Virus record (IMG/VR): IMGVR_UViG_3300030616_000579
Origin: an uncultured virus (IMG/VR IMGVR_UViG_3300030616_000579)
Lineage: Duplodnaviria > Heunggongvirae > Uroviricota > Caudoviricetes
Reading direction: 5' to 3' (one strand)
DNA length: 64,000 nucleotides
This document shows positions 8,737 through 19,700 of this stretch, in pieces. A model generated the notes under the pieces. It was not told where the DNA came from and ran no database searches. It was given only the letters and a program-made list of their open reading frames with translations. The translations under genes were made by a program, and so were the position numbers. Every line of letters begins with the position of its first letter. The first letter of the stretch is position 1.

Positions 8737-11091
8737 CTATTCACCACCAGATTCTCCTTCACCGCCTCCACCAAATAAACCTTGTCTGTATACAATGTAT
8801 ACAATCATTAGTATCGCTGATATTATTATTAGTATACCAAGTATATTGAGCACATCGTTACCTATTGTTTCTACCTCTGTAAGACTTGATTTATAAATAA
8901 TTCTGATTGCTTCTGTTCTTGCACCAAGAGTATCATATACCCTCTGAGTTATTTCATCAGATGTTTCATTGGTTGATAATGTAAAATTATTCCAAATTGA
9001 AGAACCATTATCAAAGTTTGTTCCATTAATATTTAGTAGTAACCACATTGAACTTGTAGCTCCTGGAAGAACTGAGGTTATATTAAATGTTTCATTTCCA
9101 AGTGATGGAGTTATACTTGAATCATTGAATGATGTATTGTGATAGTATGTTTCATTAATTTGTACCCAGTTTAAAACAAAGTTACCACAGTTTGTCACAT
9201 TGATTGAATAATTGATTGTGGTACCATCCCATGGAATTGCTGACCCATGATATTCCTTTGTGGCATAAAAACAATATGTTAATGCTGATGTTGATGCTGT
9301 TACATTTGTACCATTAACTATTGCCCAGACAGTATCAGTAACTGATGTTCCATTTAATACTCTACCAGATAAGTTTAAGTATATAGTGATATTATACCAA
9401 TGATTTTCATATCCACTTACATTAAGATATGGTATAGTCCAAGTATTACTATCACCTGAATCATTTACTGGAGTTGCTCCACCAAATGTTATATTACTAT
9501 GATATGATTCATTGACTTGAATATTGGTTAAATTAATATCACCATTATTTGTTACATTAACCCAAGCAGTTATCATATTATTAGAATCTACATCCCATTC
9601 TTTATAAATTGCTACTGCACTTGCTTGTGTTGTAAATGAATAAGTACCTGATGCTGGAACTCTTGTTGATTGACATCCTGCAGTATCATTTACTAAAGCA
9701 TACCAATAATAAGTTGTATTTAATTCTAAGTTACCACCAAATGTTGTTGATGCTGAACCTCCAGTTGGTGTATAACTATCAGTTCCTATTATTGAGCCAT
9801 TAGTCCAATAAAATGATACTTCCATTGGGTCTGAATTTGCATCAGTAACAGTTAGATTAAATGTTGGTGAATTTGCTCCTTCATCAGTTGCTCCATTTAT
9901 TGGACCAGGATTACTTCCTGCTGGAGCAGTACCGCCACCTATTCCAGTTGTAAAATAATAATGTACTTCATTAGAATCACCTATTGTATCTGTTACAGTT
10001 ACATTCCACCAATAACTTGTATTGTGTGATAATGAACTTAAGGTTCTACCTACTGATGAATTTGCTGCTTGACCTGTACCTGAAGCAGTTTGACCATTAG
10101 AACCATTTACCCAATAACTAAAAGTATGACCGCCATTATTTGTTACCGTCACATTTACTGGTACTGAATAAGTACAATTTGTATAAGTTGAACCATTGGT
10201 TGGTGATGCTCCTGTAAAACTAAAGTTTGTGTAACAACTTGTAGTTGCTGTTGCTGACTGGTTTGCTATACTATAAATATTTGTTGTAGTATTATAAGTC
10301 CAAGCTCTATAATAATAACTTGAACAGTTATTTAAATTAGTATGGTTATATGTTGAATTAGTTCCATTGTATAAAAGACTATCACCATAATTTGATGGAT
10401 AACTACCTGTCTTTCCACAAAGTAATACTGTATCTGCTCCTGTTCCTCTTGCCATACCAGTAATATTAATTATTGTATGATTATATGTTGTGGCAGTTAG
10501 ACCTGTTGGACCTTGAGGATGAACAGTTACACTACAATTTCGCCACCAATCTGCTGCACCTGCACCAATATCTAAACCACTTTGTGCTGGATTCCAAGGA
10601 GATGCTTGTGGAATAAATATATTTATAAAACCAGGACTTAAAGCAGTAAAATTAATTCTTGCTGCAGAATTATTGCCAGTTACTCCACCTAATACAGTTG
10701 CTTGTGGTCCATATGTTAAATTGCCTGTTGTATTATGAAGGTCACCATCATCATACATTCCACCTGCTTTCCAAGTTGATGTAAATGAACAATTCCAATC
10801 TGCATTTGGTGTACCACCAGGATTATTTGTAACATTAACTGCTCCTAAAACTGTATTCCACTCTAATATTCTTACAACAAAACTTGTAACAGAATCAGTT
10901 CCTGAATCTATATACAATGTTACATAAAAATCATCTCCTATTGTAACATTATGTATTGAAGGAACTAAACAACCTGATTTTGTATCCTGCGGGTCATAGT
11001 CTTCTGCTATTGTAGGACTTACAAATAGCGATGATACTAGCGCCATTATTATTGCAAACATTACTAAGTTTGCCACTACTTTATTTTTCAT
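8737..11091 (-). CDS. Secreted scaffoldin-like glycoprotein: signal peptide, cohesin-like domain, FN3/Ig, DUF11-like repeats, capsid-like C-terminal TM helix
   Basis: aa 40-190 (LVPS..VTIGDDFYVTLYID...GDLHNTTGNLT...AARINFTALSPG...NCSVTV) match the archaeal cohesin pattern. C-terminal GNDVLNILGILIIISAILMIVYIVY aligns with capsid helix 2. Confidence 0.75.
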   Translation of the reverse strand: MKNKVVANLVMFAIIMALVSSLFVSPTIAEDYDPQDTKSGCLVPSIHNVTIGDDFYVTLYIDSGTDSVTSFVVRILEWNTVLGAVNVTNNPGGTPNADWNCSFTSTWKAGGMYDDGDLHNTTGNLTYGPQATVLGGVTGNNSAARINFTALSPGFINIFIPQASPWNPAQSGLDIGAGAADWWRNCSVTVHPQGPTGLTATTYNHTIINITGMARGTGADTVLLCGKTGSYPSNYGDSLLYNGTNSTYNHTNLNNCSSYYYRAWTYNTTTNIYSIANQSATATTSCYTNFSFTGASPTNGSTYTNCTYSVPVNVTVTNNGGHTFSYWVNGSNGQTASGTGQAANSSVGRTLSSLSHNTSYWWNVTVTDTIGDSNEVHYYFTTGIGGGTAPAGSNPGPINGATDEGANSPTFNLTVTDANSDPMEVSFYWTNGSIIGTDSYTPTGGSASTTFGGNLELNTTYYWYALVNDTAGCQSTRVPASGTYSFTTQASAVAIYKEWDVDSNNMITAWVNVTNNGDINLTNIQVNESYHSNITFGGATPVNDSGDSNTWTIPYLNVSGYENHWYNITIYLNLSGRVLNGTSVTDTVWAIVNGTNVTASTSALTYCFYATKEYHGSAIPWDGTTINYSINVTNCGNFVLNWVQINETYYHNTSFNDSSITPSLGNETFNITSVLPGATSSMWLLLNINGTNFDNGSSIWNNFTLSTNETSDEITQRVYDTLGARTEAIRIIYKSSLTEVETIGNDVLNILGILIIISAILMIVYIVYRQGLFGGGGEGESGGE

Positions 11092-11140
11092 TTCTTTTCA
11101 CCTATTTTTTATTTCCTTTATTCTTATCTCCTAACCTCCA

Positions 11141-14100
11141 CTAAGTACGGTTAGCCCAAATTATTGATGCGTCAGTAGCAGTTATATCACCACTTTCATC
11201 AACATCATAAATTCCTAAGTATGAATATTCTCCTTGTCTATTAGTCCATCCCCAAGTAACATCAGTAGCAGTTACATCATAACTTGTATCCATATCATAT
11301 CTTGTACTTCCAGTTCTAAATGCATAAGTTTTATTTTCCCATACTGTTCCATCATCTACAACTAATCTACAGTAATAAGTTGTATTTCCCCATCGCCATT
11401 TTGTATTATATCTTTGTGATGTATTAAATGATTGATTACACATATAAACTCCAGTTGGCACTGATGAATTAGTTCCAATATCACTCCAACTACCAGTCCA
11501 AGTTGTTGTCTTATTACATCTAAATGTTACATTCATAAGGTCACCATTTATATCATAAACATAACAACTAAAATTATAAAATGATATGTGTGCAGATGTT
11601 GAACCATTTACAGGATAAGTCCAATTGATTATTGGAGCAGTGTTTGAACCATAAAGGAAACTATCATTTGCTAAATCAAATGCTCCTTCAAGACATGTAC
11701 CATTTATATAATTATATAGATAAGTTCCACTTGGTGCTGCACCAGCAGTAACATTTATTGTTATATTAAATGAATCAATATCTCCTGCCTTTTGATTTGC
11801 AGTTACATTAAATGTATAATTTCTATCAGAACCAGTTACATTTGCTGGTGGAAGACTTGACATTACATATGTACATCCTTCAGGTAAAGTATCATTTACA
11901 GTTACATTTGTATTATTAACTGAACCAGTATTAGATACATTTATTGTATAATTAACATGATGCCAAGTTGTATCATCTATTATTTGTGATATATTACATT
12001 CTTTTGTTGCATTCATTTCATTATAACTATCTTGCATCTGCCAACCTGGTCCAATTCTTCCATGTCCCCAATTATCCATATTAGTTTCTGTTGGTCCAGT
12101 CCAAGTTCCATTATAAAAATCACACATTTGAGCATTAGTAGTAATATTCATGTAAGCATTCCAAGGTTCTAAATGACCGCCAAAAGCATCATCACAAGCA
12201 TAATAATTGTATAATGAATAATTATTTGATTCATTCCAATTTTCCCAAACTGCAGTTAAAGTTTCATTAGTATCCATTCCTCTATTAATTGTCATTACAT
12301 GTAAACCAAAAGTATCATTAGTATTTAGATATTGATGACTACCAACATGGTCTTTTTCAAAATAAAATCTTGGTGCTTCTATAAAATAACTTCTATGCCA
12401 ATAATTTCTATGATACGGAGGCATACAACTTTCAAATGCACCATAAGTTAAAGCATACTCCCAACCTGCCACAGTATCAACATCAGTTGGTGTTACTTCT
12501 TCAGTTCCTCTATAAAATGTTACATTAGTTTGCCAAGATAACCAGAATGGGTCATACCAAGAATACCAAATTGCACAAACATCATTATCATCCCAATTAC
12601 CGTCATTATCTATATCTATAGCAACAACCGCAGCATCATAATCATCTTGTGTTCCATCAGTTGTATCTTCTATATGTATTGCTAAAGTTTCATGATATGG
12701 TGCAGAAATATTTGTTAAAACTGAGGTATAATAATAAATACTTCCATTTTGGTCACTCCATTCCCACCAATTAGCACAACTTATATTTGGTGTATAATAT
12801 CTTGATTCCATACTAAATAATGATGATATATTAATTCCAGTTTTAGTTATACAATCTAAATATTCATCCCATGAAAGATTTCCTGCAAAGTATTCCCAAT
12901 AACAATCACTATATAATGTTATATTTGCTTCTTTTAATGATATGTTATGCAATGGAAACTCCATTAAAGGTATTCCATCTTGTCCATATACTGAATGGTT
13001 TTCTATTTGTGAGGCATTTGCTAATTCATCTCTACTATAATTAAGTTGCCACATATCTATTTTATCAAAATCTGCTGTAAATGATACATCATATGGATTC
13101 CAAGTTACAAGACCCCAACATACTGCTTGTTGTTCTTGAATATTTTCATAATGTGCTCCTCCTTCTGTTTCATTATCACATATCCATCCAGAAGGTTCAA
13201 CATCATAACTAAAATCAGTTGATGTATCATATATAGGCCACGCTTTAGCATTGATTGTTCCAGCAAGGGCATTATAAAGAGTTCTTACCCATATTCCATC
13301 ATATCCTGTATCATTACTATTTGGAAATACATCATAATCAAATCCAGGGTCACATGACCATAATACTTCCCAATAGTTATAACAATCATCAGGACCTGCT
13401 ACTGCTGTTCCATCTTTTGTATTAACCATTGCACCTCCAACAAATTTAGATAATAAGAATACTTTATCTGTTCCAAATAATACCATATCATATTCATCAT
13501 TATTTATAAATGAATATATTACTCCAACATATGGTTCAGTTGTTGTATTACCTGTATGATTATATCTCATCCTTAATAATGCAGATGTTCTATTAGCAGA
13601 AGAATGGTTTGATATTGTATATGATAGTCCAGCGATATCGCCTCCTAATCCATCACTATTGTCATACCTATATGCTGTTGACCAATTATGAGGTTTATTT
13701 AATGTTTCATTATATGCTAACCATTTAATTGATTCATATTCAAGCCAATCACTATTTTCTAATGAATTATTTGTTGGATGTTCAGTTAAATTCCAATTAC
13801 TTGCTTCAACTCCACAACAAGGACAAGTGATGCTTTCATTTAATTGTGATATATAAACAAAAGCAGAACTTGAGTTATAACAACCTGAATCCCAAAACTC
13901 ATGGTCATATTCTGTTACATAAACTGTTACATTATTCCAAGCATAACCTGATACATTTTCTGTAGATGCATTAAATTGAATATATGATGTATTGCAATAA
14001 ACCATATCTGCTTCTTCCTGAGTTAAGTTCCAGTATAAATGTTGATGCCAAAATTCTCCGCCTTCAGTAGTTATGTAATCAGGTTCTCTGGCATAATAAG

Positions 14101-16783
14101 TACCATTTGTATGATAAAATACTCCTGTTCCATTATCATATTCTAATTGATTGTATAAAGTATCAACTATAGTAATATTATCTGATACATCTGAACCACA
14201 ATCATGCCAACTTATATTAAAGGTTGCAGTATCATTTTGAATCCAATCTTCATATATTCCTTCTTCCCATATTCCTGATGTTGAATTCCAAACTGTTTTA
14301 TTTACATTTAAACAACAATCATATTTAATATACCAAGCAATTTCTAAGGTTACATTAACATCGTCATTACAACCCCAAGCATCTCCTGTATAACAATTGT
14401 CCCAATAATTAATATATGACCAATTACTACCATTACCTGCTGGATAATCTTCAAGATAATACCAATCACAAATTGATTCGCCTGGTCCATCTCCTTTTGT
14501 AACATTATAACAATCATAACTTACATTTTGTGTCCAATTATGTGATGCGTTTTCATAAAAGTCATGATTATGTGTTGAAGTCCAACCTGCTCCACCATGT
14601 TCTGCATTATCAAAGTATGGGTCAGCAAATAAAAGAGCTGTATTGTTTTGGTCATATCCTGCTACTTGAACATAATGACCTCCTACTCTAACATCACCAC
14701 ACCAAAATCCAATTAGTAAAACAACATCATCACAATCATCTAAGTGATTTGTAATATTTGTATAATTAACCCTACAAGTTGCATCCCATTGTCCTTGTCC
14801 TTCTACTTCTAATTCAAAAGTATTAGACCAACCTGTTGTTGCATTTAATATATTAAGAATTCCTTCAGTCATACTACTTGCATTTGTTCCACTTTGTTCA
14901 CCTGGAAGTCCCATTGGCATTGTACAATTTACATACTCTGCTACCCAATCAACTAATGGTACTACATTATTTGGGTCAGTTGTATTTGCTCCAGGACATA
15001 AAGCTGGTAATTTATAGTTTGGATTAGAATTATTGTTTGTCTTACAATCAAGCCACCATAAACAATTTGTAAGTGCTACTGGTCCACACATAAACCATTG
15101 GGGTGATATCATATCTCCAGGATGAATTCCTTCCCAACTATGGTCTTCTTGCTTTTGGTCAAAGTCAGGCGGTCCATATGTACAATTTGGATATCCAGGT
15201 TTAATATAATAATTTGTAGTATTTCCTTCACCTTCTCCTATAGTAAAAGAATAAGATTCAGTTGTAGTTCCTGCTCCATCATCAACTTCTACTTTCCATT
15301 GATAAGTATAATTATTTGTATTAAAATAAGGAACTTGACATTCATAAGTTCCATTACCTACAGATTGGTTTTCTCCTATAATTACCCAACCTTTTTCACC
15401 AGTATTATTTAAAGTATTATAATATAATGAATAATTATTATCAATTTGTTTTAAATAAGTAAACATTATTTTTCCATTTTGTTCTCCATTACTTACACTT
15501 AGTCTGCTATGATTATGAATTGATGAATCAATCCATTCTGTTGGTGTAGTAGTCCAATTACCTCCATAATACATTTTATAATAAACTTTATCATTGTTAG
15601 ACCAAATACAAACTAAACCACCATTACTTGTTTTTGATAATACTGGAGATGTTTCTGAATGAACTGTTTGATTAATTATTTGAGGTTCTGACCAATTTCC
15701 TGTTGTTCCATTTCTATAAACATGCATTATATTATAAGTAACATTTTGTAAAAACGTAACATGAACATCATTATCAATTGATATTGCATTAAATTGGTCA
15801 TAATAATCTGAATACATTACATCATCATCTACAGCTTGTTCATTTGTTCCCCAATCAGTTCCATTCCATAATTTACCATAAATTTCTCCTGTTGAATTTG
15901 TACTTATACTATAAGCATAAACACAATATACATTTCCATTAAGTAAAGGAAGAACTATAGGTTGATACCATTTAGGAGAATTCATCATATTTAAAGGATA
16001 ATTAGGTGTTTTCATTGTAAATGTTCCATTATTAGTAGTTGATAATGCTACAAAAGGCATAAATAATTTATGAAGTGTTGTAATATTTAATAATCCAACA
16101 AAAGGATAACCAGTTGTGTTAACACATATAGTTGGGTCACCCATATAACCAGATGTATCTATAACTTGTTCGCCTCCTGCTAACCAAGTAATACTTCCAT
16201 TACTATTTAAAAGACCACATCTATACTCTGAATCTCTTCCACCATATATATCTGGATATGACCAAATTGTATGAACTAAATCTTCATATGTCCAAGAACA
16301 AAAATCTGCTCCTCCTCCATATGTGTGACCATCACAAATATAAGTTGGTGTACTCCAAGTTATTCCATCAGTACTTGATGAATAAACTGTTCTTTTTGCT
16401 GGAACACCTTGGCCAAAGAAAGCCCAATAACTTCCATTAGCAAACCAAAGATTTCTTTCAAGAGGAACTCTATTTGATATAAAACATTTTGTATTATTAA
16501 TGATTATTGATTCTGCTGAATCATTATATACTGCACCAACCTTACCATACCAAGTAATATTCATATTTTCTCCGTCAGCATCTGAAATTGTTACATTTAA
16601 TATTGGATTAACTATATTTCCTGTTGAACTATTAATTGGATAAATAGAAGAAATAGTTGGATTGGCTTGTTTATCAAAATCATTATTATTTATTTTACTA
16701 CTACCTGTTATAAATATAGTACTAATTGAAACTAATAATAATATAATAATAATTACAGCTTTTATTTCTTTTTTATTTTTCAT
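11141..16783 (-). CDS. Giant secreted glycoprotein (~1880 aa): Ig with inserted beta-propeller, papain-like (C39-like) peptidase, DUF11-like repeats, C-terminal dockerin
   Basis: Likely start MKNKKEIK at 16783. Asp-box-like SSSTDGITW; PDFDQ..MCGPVAL..GGHYVQVAGYD..FADP triad; C-terminal duplicated DxDxxxDxxATD loops. Confidence 0.8.
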   Translation of the reverse strand: MKNKKEIKAVIIIILLLVSISTIFITGSSKINNNDFDKQANPTISSIYPINSSTGNIVNPILNVTISDADGENMNITWYGKVGAVYNDSAESIIINNTKCFISNRVPLERNLWFANGSYWAFFGQGVPAKRTVYSSSTDGITWSTPTYICDGHTYGGGADFCSWTYEDLVHTIWSYPDIYGGRDSEYRCGLLNSNGSITWLAGGEQVIDTSGYMGDPTICVNTTGYPFVGLLNITTLHKLFMPFVALSTTNNGTFTMKTPNYPLNMMNSPKWYQPIVLPLLNGNVYCVYAYSISTNSTGEIYGKLWNGTDWGTNEQAVDDDVMYSDYYDQFNAISIDNDVHVTFLQNVTYNIMHVYRNGTTGNWSEPQIINQTVHSETSPVLSKTSNGGLVCIWSNNDKVYYKMYYGGNWTTTPTEWIDSSIHNHSRLSVSNGEQNGKIMFTYLKQIDNNYSLYYNTLNNTGEKGWVIIGENQSVGNGTYECQVPYFNTNNYTYQWKVEVDDGAGTTTESYSFTIGEGEGNTTNYYIKPGYPNCTYGPPDFDQKQEDHSWEGIHPGDMISPQWFMCGPVALTNCLWWLDCKTNNNSNPNYKLPALCPGANTTDPNNVVPLVDWVAEYVNCTMPMGLPGEQSGTNASSMTEGILNILNATTGWSNTFELEVEGQGQWDATCRVNYTNITNHLDDCDDVVLLIGFWCGDVRVGGHYVQVAGYDQNNTALLFADPYFDNAEHGGAGWTSTHNHDFYENASHNWTQNVSYDCYNVTKGDGPGESICDWYYLEDYPAGNGSNWSYINYWDNCYTGDAWGCNDDVNVTLEIAWYIKYDCCLNVNKTVWNSTSGIWEEGIYEDWIQNDTATFNISWHDCGSDVSDNITIVDTLYNQLEYDNGTGVFYHTNGTYYAREPDYITTEGGEFWHQHLYWNLTQEEADMVYCNTSYIQFNASTENVSGYAWNNVTVYVTEYDHEFWDSGCYNSSSAFVYISQLNESITCPCCGVEASNWNLTEHPTNNSLENSDWLEYESIKWLAYNETLNKPHNWSTAYRYDNSDGLGGDIAGLSYTISNHSSANRTSALLRMRYNHTGNTTTEPYVGVIYSFINNDEYDMVLFGTDKVFLLSKFVGGAMVNTKDGTAVAGPDDCYNYWEVLWSCDPGFDYDVFPNSNDTGYDGIWVRTLYNALAGTINAKAWPIYDTSTDFSYDVEPSGWICDNETEGGAHYENIQEQQAVCWGLVTWNPYDVSFTADFDKIDMWQLNYSRDELANASQIENHSVYGQDGIPLMEFPLHNISLKEANITLYSDCYWEYFAGNLSWDEYLDCITKTGINISSLFSMESRYYTPNISCANWWEWSDQNGSIYYYTSVLTNISAPYHETLAIHIEDTTDGTQDDYDAAVVAIDIDNDGNWDDNDVCAIWYSWYDPFWLSWQTNVTFYRGTEEVTPTDVDTVAGWEYALTYGAFESCMPPYHRNYWHRSYFIEAPRFYFEKDHVGSHQYLNTNDTFGLHVMTINRGMDTNETLTAVWENWNESNNYSLYNYYACDDAFGGHLEPWNAYMNITTNAQMCDFYNGTWTGPTETNMDNWGHGRIGPGWQMQDSYNEMNATKECNISQIIDDTTWHHVNYTINVSNTGSVNNTNVTVNDTLPEGCTYVMSSLPPANVTGSDRNYTFNVTANQKAGDIDSFNITINVTAGAAPSGTYLYNYINGTCLEGAFDLANDSFLYGSNTAPIINWTYPVNGSTSAHISFYNFSCYVYDINGDLMNVTFRCNKTTTWTGSWSDIGTNSSVPTGVYMCNQSFNTSQRYNTKWRWGNTTYYCRLVVDDGTVWENKTYAFRTGSTRYDMDTSYDVTATDVTWGWTNRQGEYSYLGIYDVDESGDITATDASIIWANRT

Positions 16784-16787
16784 ATTA

Positions 16788-19700
16788 TCAAGTCCTATTT
16801 TGCCATATAATTGATGCATCTGTTGCAGTAATGTCGCCTGACCCATCTACGTCATAGATGCCATCATACATTTTTTCTCCAAACCTATGTTGCCAATCCA
16901 CAGTTACATCCGTCGCCACTACGTCAGTAGAATTATCAATATCATACCTACTTCCTGTTGTGGTATAATAATAAGATTCATTAAACCAAGTTGAACCATC
17001 AGTAACATTAATATACCAATAATATATGGTGTTTCCCCAAAGAAATTGAGTTGTTAAAGTTGCATTTGCTAATGGATTAACAGAGAAATAACCAGATGTT
17101 TCTCCTGTCCAAGTTGCTAATGTATCAATTGAATTTGTTGTACCAGTTATATTAATATATTTAATTGTGATATCTAAATTAGTTCCATTAATATATGCAC
17201 TGAGATTTACTGGCGGTCTTGCTTGTCCTATTGATTGATTGGTTGGATATGGTCCAGTAATACTAGTTCCATCTTGTGTTTCAAATACATAAGTTTTATT
17301 TAACCAATGAATTGAACTAGTTTCATTCACACAAATAGCCCACCTATAATCTGTAGTATAATTTTCAACCCACGATGTATTATATGCATAATAAGTTCCA
17401 TTTGATGTGCAAAATGTTGTATTAAATATAGTTCCTGTACAATTATTTTGTTTCCATGTTATATTAAATGATTCTCCATATGAATGATTAATTGTAATTG
17501 CAAAGTAGTCAAGAGGAACTGCAACATCTTGTGATTGGTCTGTTGGTGATGGCGAGGTTATATTTAATTCTGTTACCTTAAATCCAAATATATTATTAGT
17601 TGTTGCTGATTGGTTATCTGTAATTGTTACATTTAATTTATAATCTCCTGCTTTTAATGAATAATTTGAAGGTGTTAAATAATTTGTATATAGAGTATTT
17701 TGTTTTTGATACCAACCAGGAATTGACCTATTATTATACCAATTAATAAATGTTCCATTTGAATATTCAATTGTTGTATTTATCCAACAATCGTCATAAT
17801 TTGGGTCACCCAACCATTCAAATAATATTGTTTGGTTATCTAAAGCATAATATGTTCCATTTACTTGTGGTGAAACAACTGATAAACTAGCAGGAGGAAA
17901 ATTAACATCTCCTAAAACATCATACCATTCTTGACTCCATGTTCCTTCTGAACCATCTTCAAGTTCAGCGTAAAATTTATAAATTATTCTATCATTTTCT
18001 GGATTTCCAACATTAAAGTTTACATCAGGACAACCTTTTCTTGTAACATTTGCATAAACATCGTATATTTCATCAGGTGATAATGTCCTATTCCATAATC
18101 TTACATCATCAATTGAACCACTCCAACCTGCAGTTATACCATATCTTGTTCCTATATATATGTCACCTATTCCAGATTCCATATTACCTGTACCAGCAAA
18201 ACCAGATTGTCTGTGAACTTCTGTTCCATTAACATACATAACTACAGTTTCTGGTTCTGTTGAATTAAATGTTACTGCAACATGATACCAAGTATCTCCA
18301 TCAAATAAGTAATCATTTCCTGTTGATTCTTGTTTCCAACCACCTCTATAAAAACCAAATCTTGGTCTATTTTTATTATTTGATGTTCCAAATCTAAATG
18401 AATCTTCTTTTGATATCCAATAATCATAAGGTGCTAAATTTGCAGGATTAATCAAGCATGAAACTGTCATTTCAGTTGTAAAGTTTAAATGTCCATCTGG
18501 GTCATTAGTTATATTAACATAATCTGTTGTTCCATCAAAGTCTAAACAACTTCCTTCGTGTCCTGATGCATTCCATGTTGCACCATTTCTTGTTCCATTA
18601 TGATAATGTCCTGAATAAATTTCTGAACTATCTATACAAACATCGCCTGCACCTTCATCAAACTTAAGCCATAATACTTCATCATCAATTGTATCATTTC
18701 CAAAAGTATGCCAAACTGTTCCATTATTTGTTGATATTTCAGCAACAGTTGTATTTAAAAAGTCAAAGTAACCCGTTCCAACTGTTTCATTTCCGTCAGC
18801 ATAATAAAGTTTCCACGCATCATCATAATTTGCATTACTTGTAAATATAAAATAATATGATGTTGTTATGCCTATTCCACCAATACTTCCGTTATTAGTC
18901 GAAAATGTAAGATTATAATATTTTGAATTTAACAATGAATATGAATAATCTTGACCAGGTGTAACTGAACCCAAAAATACGCAATAGGGTGATGTACTTG
19001 GGTTTCCTGTCGTATAGGATTCATTTGCATACCAAACATTTAATGGTTTGTCTCCTGATGTTGCATTTGCATAAAAGAATATATGATGTGTTGCATTTAA
19101 CCAATTATTATTCCAAGCATATTCATCTGGTGTTATACCTGTTAAATTAAATTCTGTTTTAAGTATATTCTGTGAATAAATTGGAGAATATTGGTCAGTC
19201 TTTGTTTCATACATCATTTGTTTTCTATCTAAATACCAGAACTTTGGGAATAAAGCACATGAACATGGCAATACTTGAACTCTAGTCCAATTATCTCCAT
19301 AATTTAATACTGTAAATTTAGATGAATTTGGTAATGCACCACAAGACCATTCACCTATTTCACCAAGTTCCCCTGTTCCAGAATCATTAAATTGTTCAAA
19401 CCAATACCCCAGATTTCTTCCATGCCCTCTAATTAAATTTGGTGCTACTGGATTAGATGGTGCCATAAACGATGCGTTCTTTGCTGTTGTATCATAACTT
19501 GCTGTCCTTGCAAATAATATAGTTTCATTTTTTATTCTTGTATTATTAGTTGTTATATTTACTATTATTGGCACTTCTGTTATATTAGCTATATTTATAT
19601 CTAAAGCTGTTTCTAAAGTAAATGTTATTGTTTCTGTTGAACCTTCTGTTTCAAAGAGTAAGTCTGCATTATCAAAACTATATTGAGATAAGTCTTCCTC

